In this document: positions 62,733 to 64,000 of the stretch, piece by piece
How the letters are laid out: every line of letters begins with the position of its first letter
How positions within the stretch are numbered: position 1 is the stretch's first letter
Notes under the pieces: generated by a model
Database searches by the model: none
Told to the model about the DNA's origin: nothing
Seen by the model: the letters and a program-made list of their open reading frames with translations, nothing else
Virus record (IMG/VR): IMGVR_UViG_3300042391_000264
Origin: an uncultured virus (IMG/VR IMGVR_UViG_3300042391_000264)
Lineage: Duplodnaviria; Heunggongvirae; Uroviricota; Caudoviricetes
Length of the DNA stretch: 64,000 nucleotides
Strand: one strand, 5' to 3'
Program-made: the position numbers and the translations under genes

Positions 62733-63812
62733 ATGGCTAACGAAATGAATCTATCACGCCGCGTCAATTTCGCGGAGACTGTTGACATACTGCTCAACTC
62801 TGGACACAACTCAGTACATCTAACGGGCGAGCCGGGCGTTGGGAAAACTGCGATCCAAGACGTAATTGTCGCTAAGACAGGTTACAGGAAGGTGTATATC
62901 GACGGGCCTAATACTGACGTGGGTCAGGCGGGCATGCCGATACCCAACCACACCTCGCGGACGCTGGACTTCTATCCTGCTGATTACTTCGGGCTGCACA
63001 CTAACGAGCCGCTATGCATCATGATTGATGAGTGGACTAAGACCGATGACTATGTGCGGAACACGCTGCACCCACTGCTGCACGAGCGGCGCTTGGGTAA
63101 CTTCGCCGTGCACACTGACTCGATCATCTTCACCACTGGCAACATGGATGCCGATGGTGTCGGTGACTCGGCCAAGGCGCACACACGCAACAGACAAACA
63201 TGGATGACTTACATGAAACCCACTGCTAAAGAATGGTGTGTTTGGGCAAACAACAACGGCGTACAGCCAGAGGTTATTGCTTGGGTACACGAGTACGAAC
63301 ATTGCATGCTCTCCTACATGGATGGCGGGCAGGACAAGAATCCGTACATCTTCAACCCGAAGGACGCGTCGCAGCTTGCGTTTGTATCACCACGCTCGAT
63401 GTTCAAAGCATCGCACTGGGTGGCCAAGCGGGCATCGCTTACCGATAACGCGTTCATTGGTTGTCTCGATGGGACTATCGGGTTTGCGGCATCGCGTGAT
63501 CTTCAGGCGTTCATCCAACTGGCAGATCAACTGCCAACGCGTGAGGCCATTGAGACTTCGCCCGATACGGCGCTTGTGCCCACATCACCTGCTGCTCAGT
63601 GCATCTTGATGTTCAAGGCAACTGCTGCTGTAACGCGGGAGAACTTCGCCACTTGGATGCGGTATGTACGCCGTATGCCCAAAGAGACTCAGGCGGTGTT
63701 CATCAACTCCTTGTTGGAACTCAAGGATAAGAAAGCATGGGCGATGGTGCACCCATCGTTCGTCACATGGGCTCGCGAGAACCAGTATATGTTTGCTGGC
63801 CTCAAGGGATAA
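62733..63812 (+). CDS. MoxR-like AAA+ ATPase
   Basis: Walker A GEPGVGKT, Walker B IMIDE, TTGN and SPRS motifs. Confidence 0.9.
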   Translation: MANEMNLSRRVNFAETVDILLNSGHNSVHLTGEPGVGKTAIQDVIVAKTGYRKVYIDGPNTDVGQAGMPIPNHTSRTLDFYPADYFGLHTNEPLCIMIDEWTKTDDYVRNTLHPLLHERRLGNFAVHTDSIIFTTGNMDADGVGDSAKAHTRNRQTWMTYMKPTAKEWCVWANNNGVQPEVIAWVHEYEHCMLSYMDGGQDKNPYIFNPKDASQLAFVSPRSMFKASHWVAKRASLTDNAFIGCLDGTIGFAASRDLQAFIQLADQLPTREAIETSPDTALVPTSPAAQCILMFKATAAVTRENFATWMRYVRRMPKETQAVFINSLLELKDKKAWAMVHPSFVTWARENQYMFAGLKG

Positions 63813-63833
63813 ACCGACAAGTTGTCGGATTGT
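63809..63833. promoter_or_regulatory. 25-bp palindromic box overlapping the MoxR stop codon
   Basis: ATAAACCGAC-AAGTT-GTCGGATTGT. Confidence 0.8.
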
Positions 63834-63856
63834 TTGTATTAACCAAGGAAATCGAA

Positions 63857-64000
63857 ATGTCTAAACGACCATTTGTAACGCAGTATTTCACCGAGCCCGA
63901 TTCGTCTGGCAAACGCCCCGCATCAATGGGCTACGCCGCATCCGTTCAAGGTGCAAGGCGCAACATGGCTGTCCGTATCGTGATGGGCCAGTATGGGTTG
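63857..64000 (+). CDS. 5' part of the junction-spanning early protein
   Basis: AAGGA RBS; ATG 63857; continues into the start of the window. Confidence 0.75.
   Translation, partial: MSKRPFVTQYFTEPDSSGKRPASMGYAASVQGARRNMAVRIVMGQYGL
63932..64000. repeat. Terminal direct repeat, copy 2
   Basis: Identical to bases 1-69. Confidence 0.95.

Overview
The window is an essentially complete, circularly assembled tailed dsDNA phage genome. Bases 1-69 are repeated exactly at 63932-64000, giving a unit length of about 63,931 bp. It looks podovirus-like (T7/P22-style adaptor and nozzle, large ejection proteins, no tape measure or sheath recognised). I recognised no integrase, tRNA, CRISPR array or reverse transcriptase. 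The + strand from about 59.1 kb through the junction to 17.7 kb carries early genes (small ORFs, MoxR AAA+ ATPase, metallopeptidase-vWA protein, DUF3150-like protein) and replication genes (VRR-NUC, PolA, Cas4-like exonuclease, SNF2 helicase, SSB-like protein, primase-helicase). The - strand from 58.7 kb to 17.7 kb carries terminase, portal, GroES, scaffold, capsid, a cluster of small basic proteins, many tail fibre/chaperone pairs, lysis genes and ejection proteins, including a 2394-aa polyvalent protein. Four signals stand out. (1) Eight copies of a 25-bp palindromic box (ACAAWCCGAC-N5-GTCGGWTTGT) were found only in the ~10.5 kb early region, two of them inside coding sequence. (2) A tandem array of otherwise unrelated small basic proteins shares a C-terminal tag (RADGIAxKGKTxG). 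(3) A recurrent [MFYL][AKS]xGG motif is shared by these proteins and the ejection proteins, suggesting a head-targeting or processing code. (4) A promoter-driven leader after the capsid gene could fold as a chained double pseudoknot. All family names are recognised by eye from motifs and need HMM confirmation.
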